Of a stretch of DNA of 64,000 bases, positions 40,129 through 52,564 are shown in pieces; position 1 is the first letter of the stretch, and each line of letters opens with the position of its first letter. Below the pieces are notes generated by a model that was not told the DNA's origin, searched no databases, and saw nothing but the letters and a program-made list of their open reading frames with translations. This DNA comes from Verrucomicrobiota bacterium (GTDB lineage Bacteria > Verrucomicrobiota > Verrucomicrobiia > Limisphaerales > AAA164-E04). The DNA lies in the NCBI GenBank assembly GCA_047947115.1, contig CP170459.1:4672001-4736000 (forward strand). The letters are read 5' to 3'. Position numbers and translations under genes: made by a program.

Positions 40129-42774
40129 TCAATCGATCAGATACCGTTCAAACAGATCCCATATTCTACGATATTCATCCAACCAACTCGAAGGCTCCTT
40201 GAAGCCGTGTGGTTCGACGGGATAAATGGCAATCCACCAGTTTTGTTTCTCAAGTTCGATCAATCGTTGAACCAGACGAACACTATCTTGAAAGAAAACA
40301 TTGTCATCCAGCATGGGAGCGCAGATGAGCAGCGGCTTCCTCAATCCACTGGCAAACTCAATGGGGGAACTCCGACGGTAAGCTTCGGGGTCAAGTTCGG
40401 GCGTGTTCAATATCCTGGAAGTGTAGCCGTGGTTGTATTGCGCCCAATCCGTAACCGGCCGCAATGCGGCGCCTGCGGCGAACAGGTCGGGCTCGTTAAA
40501 CAGAGCCATCAAGGTCAGGAAGCCTCCATAGGACCCACCGTAAACACCGATTTGATCACGGTCGACGTCGTGATGCTCAACCAGCCAGTTTACGCCGTCA
40601 CGCAAATCTTCCAACTCAACTGATCCCATGTGACGATAGATCGCCGTTCGCCAATCACGCCCATAACCGGCTGAAGCTCGATAGTCCATATCAAGCACCA
40701 CAAACCCTTTCTCGGCCAGAAAGGAGTGGAACATGAACTCACGAGAATAACCGGACCACCCCTTATGCGCGTTCTGAAGGTAACCGGCTCCATGAACAAA
40801 GAAAACAGCAGGACGTTTTTTCAAGGAGGTATCGGGAGGAAGATATAATCGCGAATGGATCGAAGGCGCTCCATGACTCGAAGGCACCTCAACATGTTTT
40901 GGAGCAATCCAGGATCGACGCATGAAAGCTTCACTGACGGTATCCGTCCGTTGTTCCGCAGAAGCCGATGGCCGGGCGGGTTGCACAAACAACTCCGGAG
41001 GCCGGACGGCCGTCGAGTGGGTGATCAGCAACTGTGTTCCATCGGGAGATAGCGTGGCAGACGACATGCCGCCAAGGTTCGTGATCTGTTCCACTTGACC
41101 ATTTTTCAATGCAACTCGATAGATCTCGTATTGCCCCGGATGTTCTTGATTGGCTCTAAAATAGACATGCTCCCCATCAACGGACAACTGAGGTTCTGTC
41201 ACGATGTAACGCCCCTCCGTAAGCGCTTTCGCCTCCAGCATGGGGCCGTCATGCCCGCCTGAATGAATGGATGTTACATCCACCAGATAAAGATGCGCGT
41301 AGCCGGTTTCCTCCGACTGATACCAGACCTGGCTGCCATCACGCGACCAGCCATATTCGTTATGCCGCCAGTTTATCCAGGCCGAATCATGCAGGTGGTG
41401 AAGGGTTCGGCAATCACCAGATTCCAAATCGACGGAAACAATCCAGCGATCCTTGTTGTCAAACGACACTGCTTGAAAAATCAAGCCGGAACCGTCCTGA
41501 TTAAAGAGCAAAGAACGAAACTCAACAGCACGCGGTTTGTTTTCAGAATCTGCCGGGAGGGTTTTCCCTTTTGATCCCTCCGGCTGCTTCTCCTCATCAT
41601 CAGGTGATTCATCGAGGGTTTTAGAACCAACCGGGCCGGTTTGTTTTTCGAATTGTTTATTGCGATCCTTCGCCCGTTTCTCCGCAAGCATCCTGAGATC
41701 CTCCACCGGATCCTTGGCTATGTCAGTCAACGCATCCAATACAACTTCAACCACCGTCCGCGTATCCCGGTTGAGCAGCATCAGCTTGGAATGGTAGGGT
41801 TTCACGGTTCCGACCCTGGATCGCACATCGCGGGTTTCAATTTCTCCACTATGCGTTACCCAGGAAGGCATTTTGGTTTGGGAAGGTTTCGGACGCTTTT
41901 TGGGCAGCAATACCAGGGCCAAATGCTTCCCCGAAGGACTCATGGTCGCTGATCCCAATTCGAATTCATCACCTAGATAAAACGGCGTCCCTGCCAGAGC
42001 GGGATCTTCCATGTCCTTGAGCTGTTGTTCAACTTCCTGCAAGTTCCTGTCTCTTTCATTGTCCTTGATGATGTCAAAGAGCCTTTCCTCTTTCCGTGCC
42101 AGCAACGTTGCCTTTTTCTCCTCATCCAGTTTTTGTTCATCAGGAGATTTTTTAAACACGAACGGAAAGGGTTCATATTCCAGCCCTGTTCCGATATCAC
42201 GAACCAAAAAAGTATCCCCACGACGAAATCCGATCGAACCATCGGTTAACAACAACGGTTGACGTTCTGTTGAAGAGGTTCGCGTGAGTTGGGTGATGGC
42301 GCCGGTAGTCAAGTCACGGTGATAAACATCACCTTCACGGATGTAAACCTTTTCAACGAAGCGTTGTTCCTTCGGGTCATATCGCCAATCACCACCCGCT
42401 ACGGATGCTTCGGCGGCATGATTCGGTGTCACACGTATCGCTTGTGCCTTGTCAACGGCGCTGGCACGGTACAAATCACGAACAGTGCTTCCAGGACGCT
42501 TCTGCGAATAATAAAAATGTTCGCTCCCATCCCCCCAGTAAGGATTCTCGGGCTGACGCCCCAGCCAATCCTGGTCAGACATGATCAATTCCAGGGAAAA
42601 GGCCTTCCCGGCGGTCAAATCCTCCTTCTCATGCAGTGATTCCTGTCCCCGGACAATGCATCCGGAAACAAGAACAAAAACAAAGACCCGGGCCAGGACC
42701 AGATCCGGGAAGCATTTCCTTTTATTGAAAAGACCAGGCGAAGTTCTTCTGTGATAACGATGTATCAGGTCCAT
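40129..42774 (-). CDS. S9 family (DPP IV-like) serine peptidase
   Basis: Beta-propeller then GGSYGG, DDNV, EPHGF catalytic motifs. Confidence 0.9.
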   Translation of the reverse strand: MDLIHRYHRRTSPGLFNKRKCFPDLVLARVFVFVLVSGCIVRGQESLHEKEDLTAGKAFSLELIMSDQDWLGRQPENPYWGDGSEHFYYSQKRPGSTVRDLYRASAVDKAQAIRVTPNHAAEASVAGGDWRYDPKEQRFVEKVYIREGDVYHRDLTTGAITQLTRTSSTERQPLLLTDGSIGFRRGDTFLVRDIGTGLEYEPFPFVFKKSPDEQKLDEEKKATLLARKEERLFDIIKDNERDRNLQEVEQQLKDMEDPALAGTPFYLGDEFELGSATMSPSGKHLALVLLPKKRPKPSQTKMPSWVTHSGEIETRDVRSRVGTVKPYHSKLMLLNRDTRTVVEVVLDALTDIAKDPVEDLRMLAEKRAKDRNKQFEKQTGPVGSKTLDESPDDEEKQPEGSKGKTLPADSENKPRAVEFRSLLFNQDGSGLIFQAVSFDNKDRWIVSVDLESGDCRTLHHLHDSAWINWRHNEYGWSRDGSQVWYQSEETGYAHLYLVDVTSIHSGGHDGPMLEAKALTEGRYIVTEPQLSVDGEHVYFRANQEHPGQYEIYRVALKNGQVEQITNLGGMSSATLSPDGTQLLITHSTAVRPPELFVQPARPSASAEQRTDTVSEAFMRRSWIAPKHVEVPSSHGAPSIHSRLYLPPDTSLKKRPAVFFVHGAGYLQNAHKGWSGYSREFMFHSFLAEKGFVVLDMDYRASAGYGRDWRTAIYRHMGSVELEDLRDGVNWLVEHHDVDRDQIGVYGGSYGGFLTLMALFNEPDLFAAGAALRPVTDWAQYNHGYTSRILNTPELDPEAYRRSSPIEFASGLRKPLLICAPMLDDNVFFQDSVRLVQRLIELEKQNWWIAIYPVEPHGFKEPSSWLDEYRRIWDLFERYLID

Positions 42775-42823
42775 GGAGTATTTACCGAATTTTGATTAAA
42801 ACAGGATTACTGGAAGCACACAC

Positions 42824-45800
42824 TTATTCGGCCTGATGAAGGCGTTGCGTGGCGATCCTCGCCAATTTCTTCGTTAACAAATCCAGTTTCAGGGGTTTCA
42901 CCAAAAAATCGTTCATTCCGATTTCAAGGCATTTTTCCCGGTAACCTTTCAAAGCATTGGCTGTTGTGGCGATGATAACAAGGTCATCAAATTTCTTGTT
43001 GGACCGGATGCGTCGTGTCGTTTCCATTCCGTCCATGCCAGCCATATTGCAATCCATCAGCACGACATCAAATGGGTGGGATTCCAATTGTTGTAATGCG
43101 GATTCCCCTTCAGGAACCACCGTTGCATCACAGCCGGCCTTTCTGAGGTAAATTTGGAGAAGTTTTTGATTAATGGAGTCATCCTCGACGACGAGCACTC
43201 TGAGTGAGGAACTTTTCAACCGCTTACCTTCATCAACTTGCTCTTCATGCATGCTTGCAGCATCTGCAAGGGAACGATCCGTCTTCTCTTCCCCTGAACC
43301 AATGTGATCATAAAACTGATGCATGGAAGCTTCGGACAGTGGATTGAACAGCCTGAGAGGCGGCTTCCGCGTCGGAAAAGGCAAGGAGGCTCCGGTTGTC
43401 CGGCTTGCTGTATCGATCAGCACCCAGCGAAAGTTTGACCTCCAACATGCATCAGACAGGTCGATCAAGGAACTTAGCAAGTCGGTCGGCAAAAGGCGAC
43501 AATCAACCACCAGAGTGGAAAACGGTTTTCCCTTCCACGGTTTCCCTCTTCTCAACTCCTCTTTAAAATCCTCCACCGTCAATGTCTCGACAATGAGCCG
43601 TGACTCTCCGGATGGTTGGAGAAAGTATTCCTTTACAAACCGGCTGTCTGAAACGAGTAGAACATTTTCAACAGGGGGCACATTCCCGGCAGTGAATGTA
43701 CCGCCATTTTCGATCGATTCGCCCTTTTTGAATGGCAGTTCAACCCAAAACAGAGAGCCGTCTCCGGAAATCGCATCCGCACCGATGCTGCCTCCCATTG
43801 TATGCACAATTCTCTTGGAAAGGTTCAGGCCCAGCCCGGCCCCGCCAAACCGACGCGGTTCATCCCCTCCAGCTCTGGTCAACACTTCGAATAGTCGATC
43901 ACGGTCCCCTTCCCGCAAAGGAATTCCGGAATCCTCAACTTCAAATCGAACCTGGCAGTTGCCATCTTGAAGTTGCTTGCCTTTCATGCGAATGGCGATT
44001 CCTCCCTTATCCGTGAATTTAACGGCGTTGGTCACCAGGTTCAGCAACACCTGTCTCAGTCGCGAAGCATCCGTCAGCACGTAACGGCACATGCCGGGCT
44101 GGCTCAGGACGACCAGATCCAACTGTTTGACATCCACCTCGGCCACCACGGTGGTGGCCACCTCATCCACAAGTGCGACCAGATCGGCATTTTCCGTGAC
44201 AAGGGTCAAGCGGCTGGTTTCCAGTCGTGACATGTCGAGCATGTCCAACATCAATTTCAGCACTCCGTCCGAGGCAGCGGAGATCGTGCGCACCTGCTCC
44301 CTTTGTTCAGGATCCAAGTTCGATTGAAGCAGCAATTGAGACATCCCCAGCACACCGTTCATGGGAGTACGGAGGTCGTGACTCATCATTGTCAGAAAGT
44401 TCGTCTTGGCCTCATGCGCTTCCCGATAAGAATCTCGCGATTGAATCAGTCGTAATTCAGATTGTTTGCGCGCATCCACGTTACGCGCAATCGCCTGGTA
44501 ACCGAACACTCCTTCCTGCAGTGCAAGTCCACGGATTGAAAGCTCGACGTAGGCGTACCCGCTGTTGCGGTGAAGCAGTTCCACTTCGATGACCTGGCCT
44601 TCGTCATCCGCAGCAGTCTGTTGTGCGTTGCCCATCTTGAATGCCTGCTTCACCTTTTCCACATCCTGAGGGGCAATCCACTTCAAAATCAACTCCCCCT
44701 GAACCGCTTTCAGTTCTGTTCCAAAGAAATCCAGAAAGGAGTGATTCGCCGTCACCAATCTCCCCTGAGCATCCGTGATAAAAATAAGATCCAGCGCCGA
44801 TTCAAACAGGTTATGGTATTTCTCCTCCGCCTGCTGTTCCTTCACCAACATTTCGCGGATATGCTCCGTCTGCTGTCGGACCTTGCGCTTCAGAACAATC
44901 CCCCAAGTCATGGCGGCAAGCCCCACCAGCCCCGTGATTCCCAGGGCGATCAATATGCGCCGGGGAGTCCACCAATCGGGCGGCACCAATACCTTGACGT
45001 CTTCTTTACTGCGCAACACCAGCGTCGGGACTTCACCGATGGATGAGTCTCTTGGAACCGAACGAAGCACTCCCGTGATCTCAAGAAAACTACCCACATT
45101 GAAGGAAGAAGATGTCAACCCCGGCGTCTCACTGATATCCAGCGTGGCCGCAAAGCGTCCCCCTGAAGATTGGATGAGGAAGTTCAACCGGCTCGCGTTC
45201 GAGGTAACTTCCACCAAGTGTCCCTGACGTGTTACAAGGCGATGCAGATGATCAAAGTCCAATTTCGGAACGACACGGTCCGACAAGGCAACCACTTCAA
45301 ATGTAACCTGAGCCGGGGTGATCAGCGCCTCTTCGATCAGCACACCTTCATCGGTCAACCGGGGCCAGCCGACCACATGAATAAAACTCCCGATCGCCAA
45401 ATTGGATTTCTCACTGGCTGGATCGATCAAAAAACCTTGATCCCTGGTCTGAAAGGCCCATTTGGAAGAACCATCCTTTCCTGTCACAACCCCACCAAGC
45501 TGCACTCTGAATGTTTCACCAAGCTGTGAACCTGCCAGTGCCGAGCGGTCTATCGAAGGCATCAAGGCAGGTAATTTTTCATAGGGCCGTGCGCGCAACA
45601 CTTCCAGATGAGATTCATCCTGAAGATAAAGCACAACTCCAGTCGGTTTTTCATTCTCCCACTGGAAACCGGCGACACCTGTGAATGTTACGATGGAATC
45701 CACCCAGATGGATGGATCCTTGCCGGAACCGAAATCACGGACAAACCCAAGGAAGGTCCCGGTCTTCGTTTGCACTTTTAGCTCCAGGCTGTTCCCCACC

Positions 45801-47181
45801 TGAACCGCACTTCGAATTTGTCCCTCTATCCCGACATATTGCGCATCGAAATCACCGCGCGCGAGTTGTTCCAGATCACAGGGTACAGGTGCTGGGAAGT
45901 CACTTTTTCCCAGGATTTCATAGGATGCATTTTGGATATTATGTTTGAGAAATCCCTCAACGGTATTGCCTGTCAACCGAATCCTGGTTCCGCCCGGCAA
46001 CCACTCAGCAAACGTGTTTTCGGTGGTCACGTAGATACCTCCCGTCTGGTCCTGAACAAAAAACGCGTAATGTGCAGGGTGATGATAGGTCACGACGACT
46101 TCCAGATCGACCGGTTTGTTACGCCTTGCCTCCTCCGGCACAAGTGCAAGCACTTCGGCGACATTCTTGATTGGGTCCAGGTATTCCGTCGCACGGAAAC
46201 GCCAGGCGGGCTCTCCCGCCGATTCATTCAGAAAAACAATGGATGGTATCAAGGCAAACTGAGCTGATCGACGCACAGGGAACCCAACACACCGGGCTCG
46301 TCTGCCGATCAACTCATCCTGTGCAGCCCAATCCAACATGATTTCTCCCCCCTCCACCTTCAAAACCCATTGGTAGGTATCCGATTTGCCCAACACACCT
46401 TCCATCATGACCGGTTGGGTTGTGTTCGAGTCGACTTTACCGGCCAGGGTTTCCAGCGAAACAGAGGAACCATGCACCAGGTCCTGAATAGAGAGAATGT
46501 CCTGACGAGAGGAAATCCCAAACGCATTGCGGACAGCACTACCGGTGACACGCGGATCTGCCGGCAAGTACACACCAACCACCTTCACCCAACGTCCCAT
46601 AATATCCTGCCGAGGGAATTCCTTCCACACACGATCAGGGACACGCAGAAAGTAATTGTCATACTCCCTGTAACGAAACCCGAGCACTAGTTCACCCTGC
46701 ACCTGTGCCACGGAGGTAATGAGGCCTGCGACCAGCACTTTCTTGAAAAACGGATCCGAGGATACGAAATCAGGCGGAGTAACCTTAGTGCCTGCACTCC
46801 CGGGCGGTCGATCCAGCTTCTTCCAGGCAACCAACCTTACACCCGGTTGCTGAAGCAGGTGCATGGTTGTTCCTTCGATATGAATGTCGTCTCCTGTTTG
46901 CAGATCAGGAAAAGAACCGATCACATGCACGGGAACCCCCTCCCCCCTTCTCCCAGGATAAAAAATGAACGCTCAGGCGAAACAAAAACAACCGAACCAT
47001 CCAGATAGACGGGCAGTTGTCTATCCACCTGGGAAGCATCGAGGTAGCGAACAGCCTGCCATTGGCGCAACACACCATCCTGAGCGTGTAGAGCCCCCTT
47101 CGACAAAACCAGGCCACACAGTATGATCACGAATGCTCTGAAGATCGAATTTGCCAATGTTCGTTTCACCCTGAAAATCAC
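42824..47181 (-). CDS. Hybrid sensor histidine kinase (large extracytoplasmic region, TM, PAS, HisKA, HATPase, REC); 1-nt loss in a homopolymer at 46942-46947
   Basis: SHDLRTPMNG, NAVKFT, GAGLGL, VLMDCNM; the signal-peptide ORF 46921..47181 joins as GEGGEGVPVHVIG with one added G. Confidence 0.85.
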
Positions 47182-47351
47182 TCCACTTATTCCAACTAGT
47201 TTACTCTAACCTCCGCTTTCACATATCGTTGAGACAACAACACACTTCATTAAGGCCTCCACGGCGAGGCAAATCATAATAACAAATCCGCCACCGACAC
47301 AATGTAGAATGTTGCTTCATTTCATGACAACAACGAGGTTGACGGCGCAGA

Positions 47352-48800
47352 CTAAAGGGAATGATCGCCAGGGAATGGAAGGACCGGTAATTGCACACGA
47401 AAGCAAGCCCCACCTTCAGGTCTGTTCCAGCCCCTGATCTTGCCTCCGTGTCTCTGAACAATACCTCGCGTGATGGTGAGACCAAGTCCAAGGCCGGATT
47501 CGCTGTGCTGCTTGCGGGTGGAAAACTCGGATTCGAAAATCCGCTCTTCCAGCCCAACAGGAATGCCGTATCCTTCATCCAGCACATCCACGCAAATCTC
47601 TTCATCTGCCGCACTGGCACGTATTTCAACCAATCCTCCCGGCTCCGTGGCCTCCATGGCGTTAACGATCAGATTGGTCCACACCTGGTTCAACTGCCCC
47701 TGGTGTGCGCGTATCTTTGGAATTTCACCCAATTCAACGTGGACCTGATAATTCTTGAGCCGATATTTCAGCAATTGAAGCGTATCCCGAAGACCTTCCC
47801 GGATATCAATCCACTGCCACCCCATGCCCTGCGCTTTGCTGTAATTCTTGAGGCTGATCACCAACTGAGTGATCCGATCGACAGAAATCCGTTGAGATCT
47901 TAAACACAGCCCCAACTCGAATGCATCCAATGCCCGCTCAAATTCAGGAGACAAAGACTCGCATCCTCCCCAGGCATCCATCCAGGATGAAACAATGTCA
48001 TCCGGAGCCTGGGCCAGGCGTCGACAGACTGATCGAGCAAGCGAAGGAAAGCTCTCCTTCAGATTTGTCATGCGTCCACGCCGTTCCTCCGGTGTAAAAT
48101 GTGGCTGATCTGCCCCGGCCCGCACCATGGCCATTGGAGACAACACCCCCTTCTCCTCTCCGGGAATCAGTTGCTCGATCAGACTGAAAAGATGTTCCAC
48201 ATTTCGGGACAAAGCTGCGGCGGGATTGTTCAACTCGTGCGCCAACCCGGCAATCAATTGCCCCAGGGTCACCAGTTTTTCCTGACTCACCAATTGCTGT
48301 TGAGCGGCTTCAAGATCGTTGATGGCAATTTTGAGTTCGTTGCTTTCTTTTTCCAATCGACGGCTCAAGGTGGCCACTTGCCGATTGAGTGTGATACCCC
48401 GACGGTAACGATGCGACAAATTCGAAATGAAAAGATTCTGGATGGCCTGGTTAAAATCAGTCTTCTGCTGACTGAGCTGGTGGAATCTGGCCCGATCCAG
48501 CACCAGGCACTGGACTTCGGTCAGGGCTCTGGAATCAGCCACATTGGGTTGCTGATTCCAAAAGGAAGCCAGCCCCAGAAAATCACCACGCCCGAAGGAC
48601 CCGACTTTCAGTACCGAGGACTCGGTTTCGGATTCCACCATTTCAAGATTGCCGTGCCCCTTCAAGATCAGGTGAATCCCGTTATTCACCTCTCCGCTGC
48701 GTAGAATAAGCTGACCGGCTTGGAAGTTCAAAATATGCTGCTCAAGATCAGGGTCTTGAAGCAACATCGATTCCATTTTTTCCAGATCCGACTCGGACAT
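47352..48800 (-). CDS. cNMP-binding domain histidine kinase
   Basis: N-terminal cNMP-like domain; AHELNNP; LNQVWTNLIVNA; GLGLGL. Confidence 0.85.
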   Translation of the reverse strand: MSESDLEKMESMLLQDPDLEQHILNFQAGQLILRSGEVNNGIHLILKGHGNLEMVESETESSVLKVGSFGRGDFLGLASFWNQQPNVADSRALTEVQCLVLDRARFHQLSQQKTDFNQAIQNLFISNLSHRYRRGITLNRQVATLSRRLEKESNELKIAINDLEAAQQQLVSQEKLVTLGQLIAGLAHELNNPAAALSRNVEHLFSLIEQLIPGEEKGVLSPMAMVRAGADQPHFTPEERRGRMTNLKESFPSLARSVCRRLAQAPDDIVSSWMDAWGGCESLSPEFERALDAFELGLCLRSQRISVDRITQLVISLKNYSKAQGMGWQWIDIREGLRDTLQLLKYRLKNYQVHVELGEIPKIRAHQGQLNQVWTNLIVNAMEATEPGGLVEIRASAADEEICVDVLDEGYGIPVGLEERIFESEFSTRKQHSESGLGLGLTITRGIVQRHGGKIRGWNRPEGGACFRVQLPVLPFPGDHSL

Positions 48801-48815
48801 AACAATGAGACACGG

Positions 48816-49313
48816 TCAAAAGTCGCTGGCCATGCCTTTTTTATGGATGGCGTCGGCAATCATGCCGGCATCCAGCACAGACATGTAGGACATCGGATCC
48901 GACGAATGATCCAGGACGTATTGAGTGAGCAACTTTCGAACAACCTCCTGCAGATGCTCGCCTTTCCAGGGTTTAGAAATGTAATAATCCAGCCCGGCAC
49001 GATTGATGGCCTCGATGGTGTCCTCATGCCCCGCCTGCCCCGTGAGCAATACCTTCCGGGCCGACTCTGCACCGGGTATCACATCAAGAGACGCGAGTAA
49101 TTCCACTCCCGTTTCCCCCGGCATCAGATGATCACAGACAATCACTCCCAACCGATCCTCGCGGCCATCAATCGTCGAACAGATCTTTCGAGCTTCCTCG
49201 GCCGAGGCGGCAAGTTCGACAGGGAAGATATCATCAAACACGCGCAGATCCCTTTCGATCGCCTCCAGCACTTCCGGTTCATCGTCCACACAAAGTATGC
49301 ATATCTGGTTCAT
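48816..49313 (-). CDS. Single-domain response regulator
   Basis: ILCVDDE, VCDHLMPG, LLTG, KPW. Confidence 0.88.
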   Translation of the reverse strand: MNQICILCVDDEPEVLEAIERDLRVFDDIFPVELAASAEEARKICSTIDGREDRLGVIVCDHLMPGETGVELLASLDVIPGAESARKVLLTGQAGHEDTIEAINRAGLDYYISKPWKGEHLQEVVRKLLTQYVLDHSSDPMSYMSVLDAGMIADAIHKKGMASDF

Positions 49314-49338
49314 AAACTCATCTTTCCAAACTGCCATT

Positions 49339-50820
49339 TCAAAGGAACAAAGGCCAGTAAAACAAGGCGCAAGCTATCAGCATCAAACCACCGACCAAAC
49401 CCACGATCAACCCCGCCTTCATCATGTTCTTCGTATCAATCAATCCCGAACTCATCCCGATGGCGTTGGGTGGGGTGGATATGGGCAGGGTCATGGAGAA
49501 ACTTACAATGATTCCGATCAGGACCACATTTCGGGTCAGATCCGCTTCAGCCATTTGAATACCCGAAGCAAAACCAATCACAAGAGGAATCAGAATACTG
49601 GCGCTGACGGTATTTGAAACCAGATTCGCCACGATGTAACCCAACAGGCAAAAGCACATCATCGCCCCCACCGGACCGAGTGCGTCCATTGAAACACGTG
49701 TCAGCATCCAGTCGGCGACTCCATTTTCCTTGAGGGAAACCCCCAATGAAATCCCACCAGCCACCAACCAGAGCACCTCCCAGGGGAAATTTCGTATCTC
49801 CTTCTTCTGAAGCACATTCAAAGCAGGCAAAAGTGCCACCGGCAGAAAGGCCACCATGGATGAAGGAATGCCATGCAATTTTTCAGTGACCCACAGCAAT
49901 ACCGTGCCTCCAAAGATGAGATAGGTCAGGAGGGCCGCATGATGTGTCGCGAACTTTCCATCCAGCTTCAGAGAAACCGTTTTGGACTGTGGAGGAAAAA
50001 GCTTCAACAACACCTGCCAGCAAATCAACAACATCACTACCACCAGGGGCACCGCCAGCAACATCCAGGTGGTAAAACTGATCTTCACACCGAGTTGATT
50101 CAGGGCAGCCAGCGCAATGGCGTTGGGCGGCGTCCCGATGGGGGTTGCGATCCCGCCGAGATTGGCGGCAAAGGGAACACTGAGTGCAAGGGCTTTTCGG
50201 AAAGGATCGGTTTTATCCAGCACACTGACCATGGGCAAGATCACGGTCATCATCATGGCAGTAGTGGCCGTGTTACTCATAAAGGCCGACAACATGGCGG
50301 TTGCCAGCATCAATCCGAACAGAATGGCGGAAGGAGCCTGCCCAAACGGGCGAAGAAGCCATCGGGTCAAATTCAGATCCAACCCCACTTTTACCGCTGC
50401 ACTGGCCAGTGAAAATCCCCCCAGAAACAGCACAATGATGGGACTTGCCAGAGAGGCGTAAAACGAACCATAGGGCGGTAGCGTGCCTCCTGTTTCGCTT
50501 TGAAAAAAGCCTGCACTGCTCAAGGTGAACACTTGCAACAAAATCACCAACAGCGAGGTCGCATAAATCGGAACAGGCTCGGTCATCCAGAATATCGCCG
50601 CAAATATAAAAACCCCCAAAGTTCTGGCGCCTTCGGAGGAAAGGCCATCAATGGACACCCACCAAGGCAGCAACAATCCCAAAAGACCGAGTACCATTCC
50701 AATTTTGGGCATGAAGGCCATCGTGCAGGGTTTCCTCTTATTTGTGCCAGGGTGCGTATTTCTTGAATTCATTAGAACTGGATGTTCAGGTGTGTTCCCA
50801 GAATGTGATTCTGATTCCAA
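49339..50820 (-). CDS. SLC13/DASS family sodium:anion symporter
   Basis: FMSNTAT, TPIGTPPNA, VSNTVS, LPISTPPNA. Confidence 0.9.
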   Translation of the reverse strand: MESESHSGNTPEHPVLMNSRNTHPGTNKRKPCTMAFMPKIGMVLGLLGLLLPWWVSIDGLSSEGARTLGVFIFAAIFWMTEPVPIYATSLLVILLQVFTLSSAGFFQSETGGTLPPYGSFYASLASPIIVLFLGGFSLASAAVKVGLDLNLTRWLLRPFGQAPSAILFGLMLATAMLSAFMSNTATTAMMMTVILPMVSVLDKTDPFRKALALSVPFAANLGGIATPIGTPPNAIALAALNQLGVKISFTTWMLLAVPLVVVMLLICWQVLLKLFPPQSKTVSLKLDGKFATHHAALLTYLIFGGTVLLWVTEKLHGIPSSMVAFLPVALLPALNVLQKKEIRNFPWEVLWLVAGGISLGVSLKENGVADWMLTRVSMDALGPVGAMMCFCLLGYIVANLVSNTVSASILIPLVIGFASGIQMAEADLTRNVVLIGIIVSFSMTLPISTPPNAIGMSSGLIDTKNMMKAGLIVGLVGGLMLIACALFYWPLFL

Positions 50821-51443
50821 CCGGATGGGTTAAACTGACGGATTGATTGAATCATGTAGAAGAGTGTCACATCGCAACTCTCGCCCAAATCAAACTGGAG
50901 GCCCACAGGCACCAGTCTGTTTTCACTGAATTGGTTGATCTCGTGATCCCAGAAGAATTCATTGTTGGCATAGACAGATTTCAATCGCCCCATGCTGAGC
51001 TGATATCACATTTCATACCGGGATCTGGAGCGAAATGTCCACCCATTCCTGGATTCTCGAAGGCGCCACTCAAATCGATTCCGATTGTGAAACTTCCATG
51101 ATTCTCCAAACTTGTGCTTGAAATTAAGTTCATTTTCAAACCGATGCTCCTTTTGCCAGATATCACGATTCAAATCATGTATATCCAGGAACAGATAGCC
51201 GACACCTACCTGCACAGGATCATTGACGGCATATTGCAGACGAGGTCCAATGATCATGATTTTCTCCCTTCGGCTGTTGTCTGCAATACGATTGTCCGCA
51301 TAAATGTGGGACTTGAAACGCTCCCCTTTTGTTAAATGAAAGATCATCCACTGCCATGTTTGGAAATCGTTCTCGGCAAGTGACTGCAGACACCCGCCCA
51401 AAACTAAAAACAGTATCGTTAACCCAATGTAAACTGACCTCAT
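50772..51443 (-). pseudogene. DUF2490-like outer-membrane beta-barrel with an in-frame TGA at 51006-51008
   Basis: Signal peptide, EHR..RNRFEWR..FRSRSRY, then in-frame YANNEFF..NRL; ends in aromatic IQF. Confidence 0.7.
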
Positions 51444-51785
51444 AAGAATCCTTTATTCCCCGACACCTAGTTAACGGCGAACATTCAGGCCGTGCATAGC
51501 GAAAAACCAAGACTCTTAACTTATCGGACAAATTTTGCGATCTGGAGCACAACATATGTCCACCTTATACACCCCCCCCCTCCCGTTTTATCCTCATCCT
51601 CATCTTATAACCTTTGCCAAAGGTAAGTTCAGAAAAAACTCTGCGTCACTGCGTCCCTGGCGCAGCCTGCGTGAGAATAAGAAGCATCAGCGAGCCCTTA
51701 TGAGCAAATACTTTTGGCAATCAGTATAATCAGGTGCAGTGGACAGGTCATCCATTGGAATGAGCAGGCAAGTTTTTTTGCCGTG

Positions 51786-52151
51786 TTAATCTTCTGTCTC
51801 TTCGACTTCGATGTGGTGACCGGAGGCGGTTTCGACGGCGGTTTCGAGTTGGTTTCGAAACGCGTAACGGTAGGCGGGTGTGATGACGATTTCGCGAAAC
51901 AAGCCTCGGTCGCGTCGGATGACCAGTTTTCGGTGTTTGAAGCGGAAGGTGCTCACCCAAAGTTCTGCCCGGAATCGGCGCCGCTTTGACACGGAGATCA
52001 TATCCTTGAGCGCGAACCGTCTTACCGGCAGACCGAGGCAGTAAACCACGAGATACTTTGAAGTAATCCGATATTGGATGGAAGTCATCAATAAAGCAAA
52101 GATAGCCGTAAGACAAACCAGTGCTCCAAGTGTCGCCCAAAGGTAAATCAT
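51786..52151 (-). CDS. Small membrane-anchored hypothetical protein (PH-like)
   Basis: N-terminal TM then YRIT...IVITP; co-oriented with neighbours. Confidence 0.55.
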   Translation of the reverse strand: MIYLWATLGALVCLTAIFALLMTSIQYRITSKYLVVYCLGLPVRRFALKDMISVSKRRRFRAELWVSTFRFKHRKLVIRRDRGLFREIVITPAYRYAFRNQLETAVETASGHHIEVEETED

Positions 52152-52161
52152 GACAACCCCG

Positions 52162-52545
52162 CTATTCTTTGATGTTGCCCAGGTATAGCAGAATCACGGG
52201 CAACAATATGCCGGCCACCAGCACCAGCGTGACCATCCACTTGGATTTGCTCATTTTAAAAGCGAGAAAGATTCCCAGGACCACAGTGACAATCAAGGCA
52301 ACGGACATGGCCACGACCAGATACTTGAACAAGGCCGGATCAAACGTATCAGCAAACGCCAGAGGGAAAACCTGGTCGACATGAATGGAGGTCAATTTCT
52401 CCAACCAGCCCCCACCCTCAGCTTCTCCCACCGCCTTGTTCCGATGAACACTGACAGTCTGATACCATCCCGTCGCCGTGTAGAACAATAGCAGGGGCGC
52501 AAAAAAGCATCCCAAGTAAAGGTGGAGTTTTCTGAGAAATTTCAT
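52162..52545 (-). CDS. PepSY-associated TM helix-like membrane protein
   Basis: LRKLHLYLG..PLLLF..TG motif and a second His-containing helix. Confidence 0.65.
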   Translation of the reverse strand: MKFLRKLHLYLGCFFAPLLLFYTATGWYQTVSVHRNKAVGEAEGGGWLEKLTSIHVDQVFPLAFADTFDPALFKYLVVAMSVALIVTVVLGIFLAFKMSKSKWMVTLVLVAGILLPVILLYLGNIKE

Positions 52546-52564
52546 GGACCGGTTTCCAGCACAA

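Noticed and set aside
51006..51008. Stop-codon recoding or selenocysteine
   Set aside because: TGA, TAA and TAG all end normal genes here, and the position is not a Cys-type site
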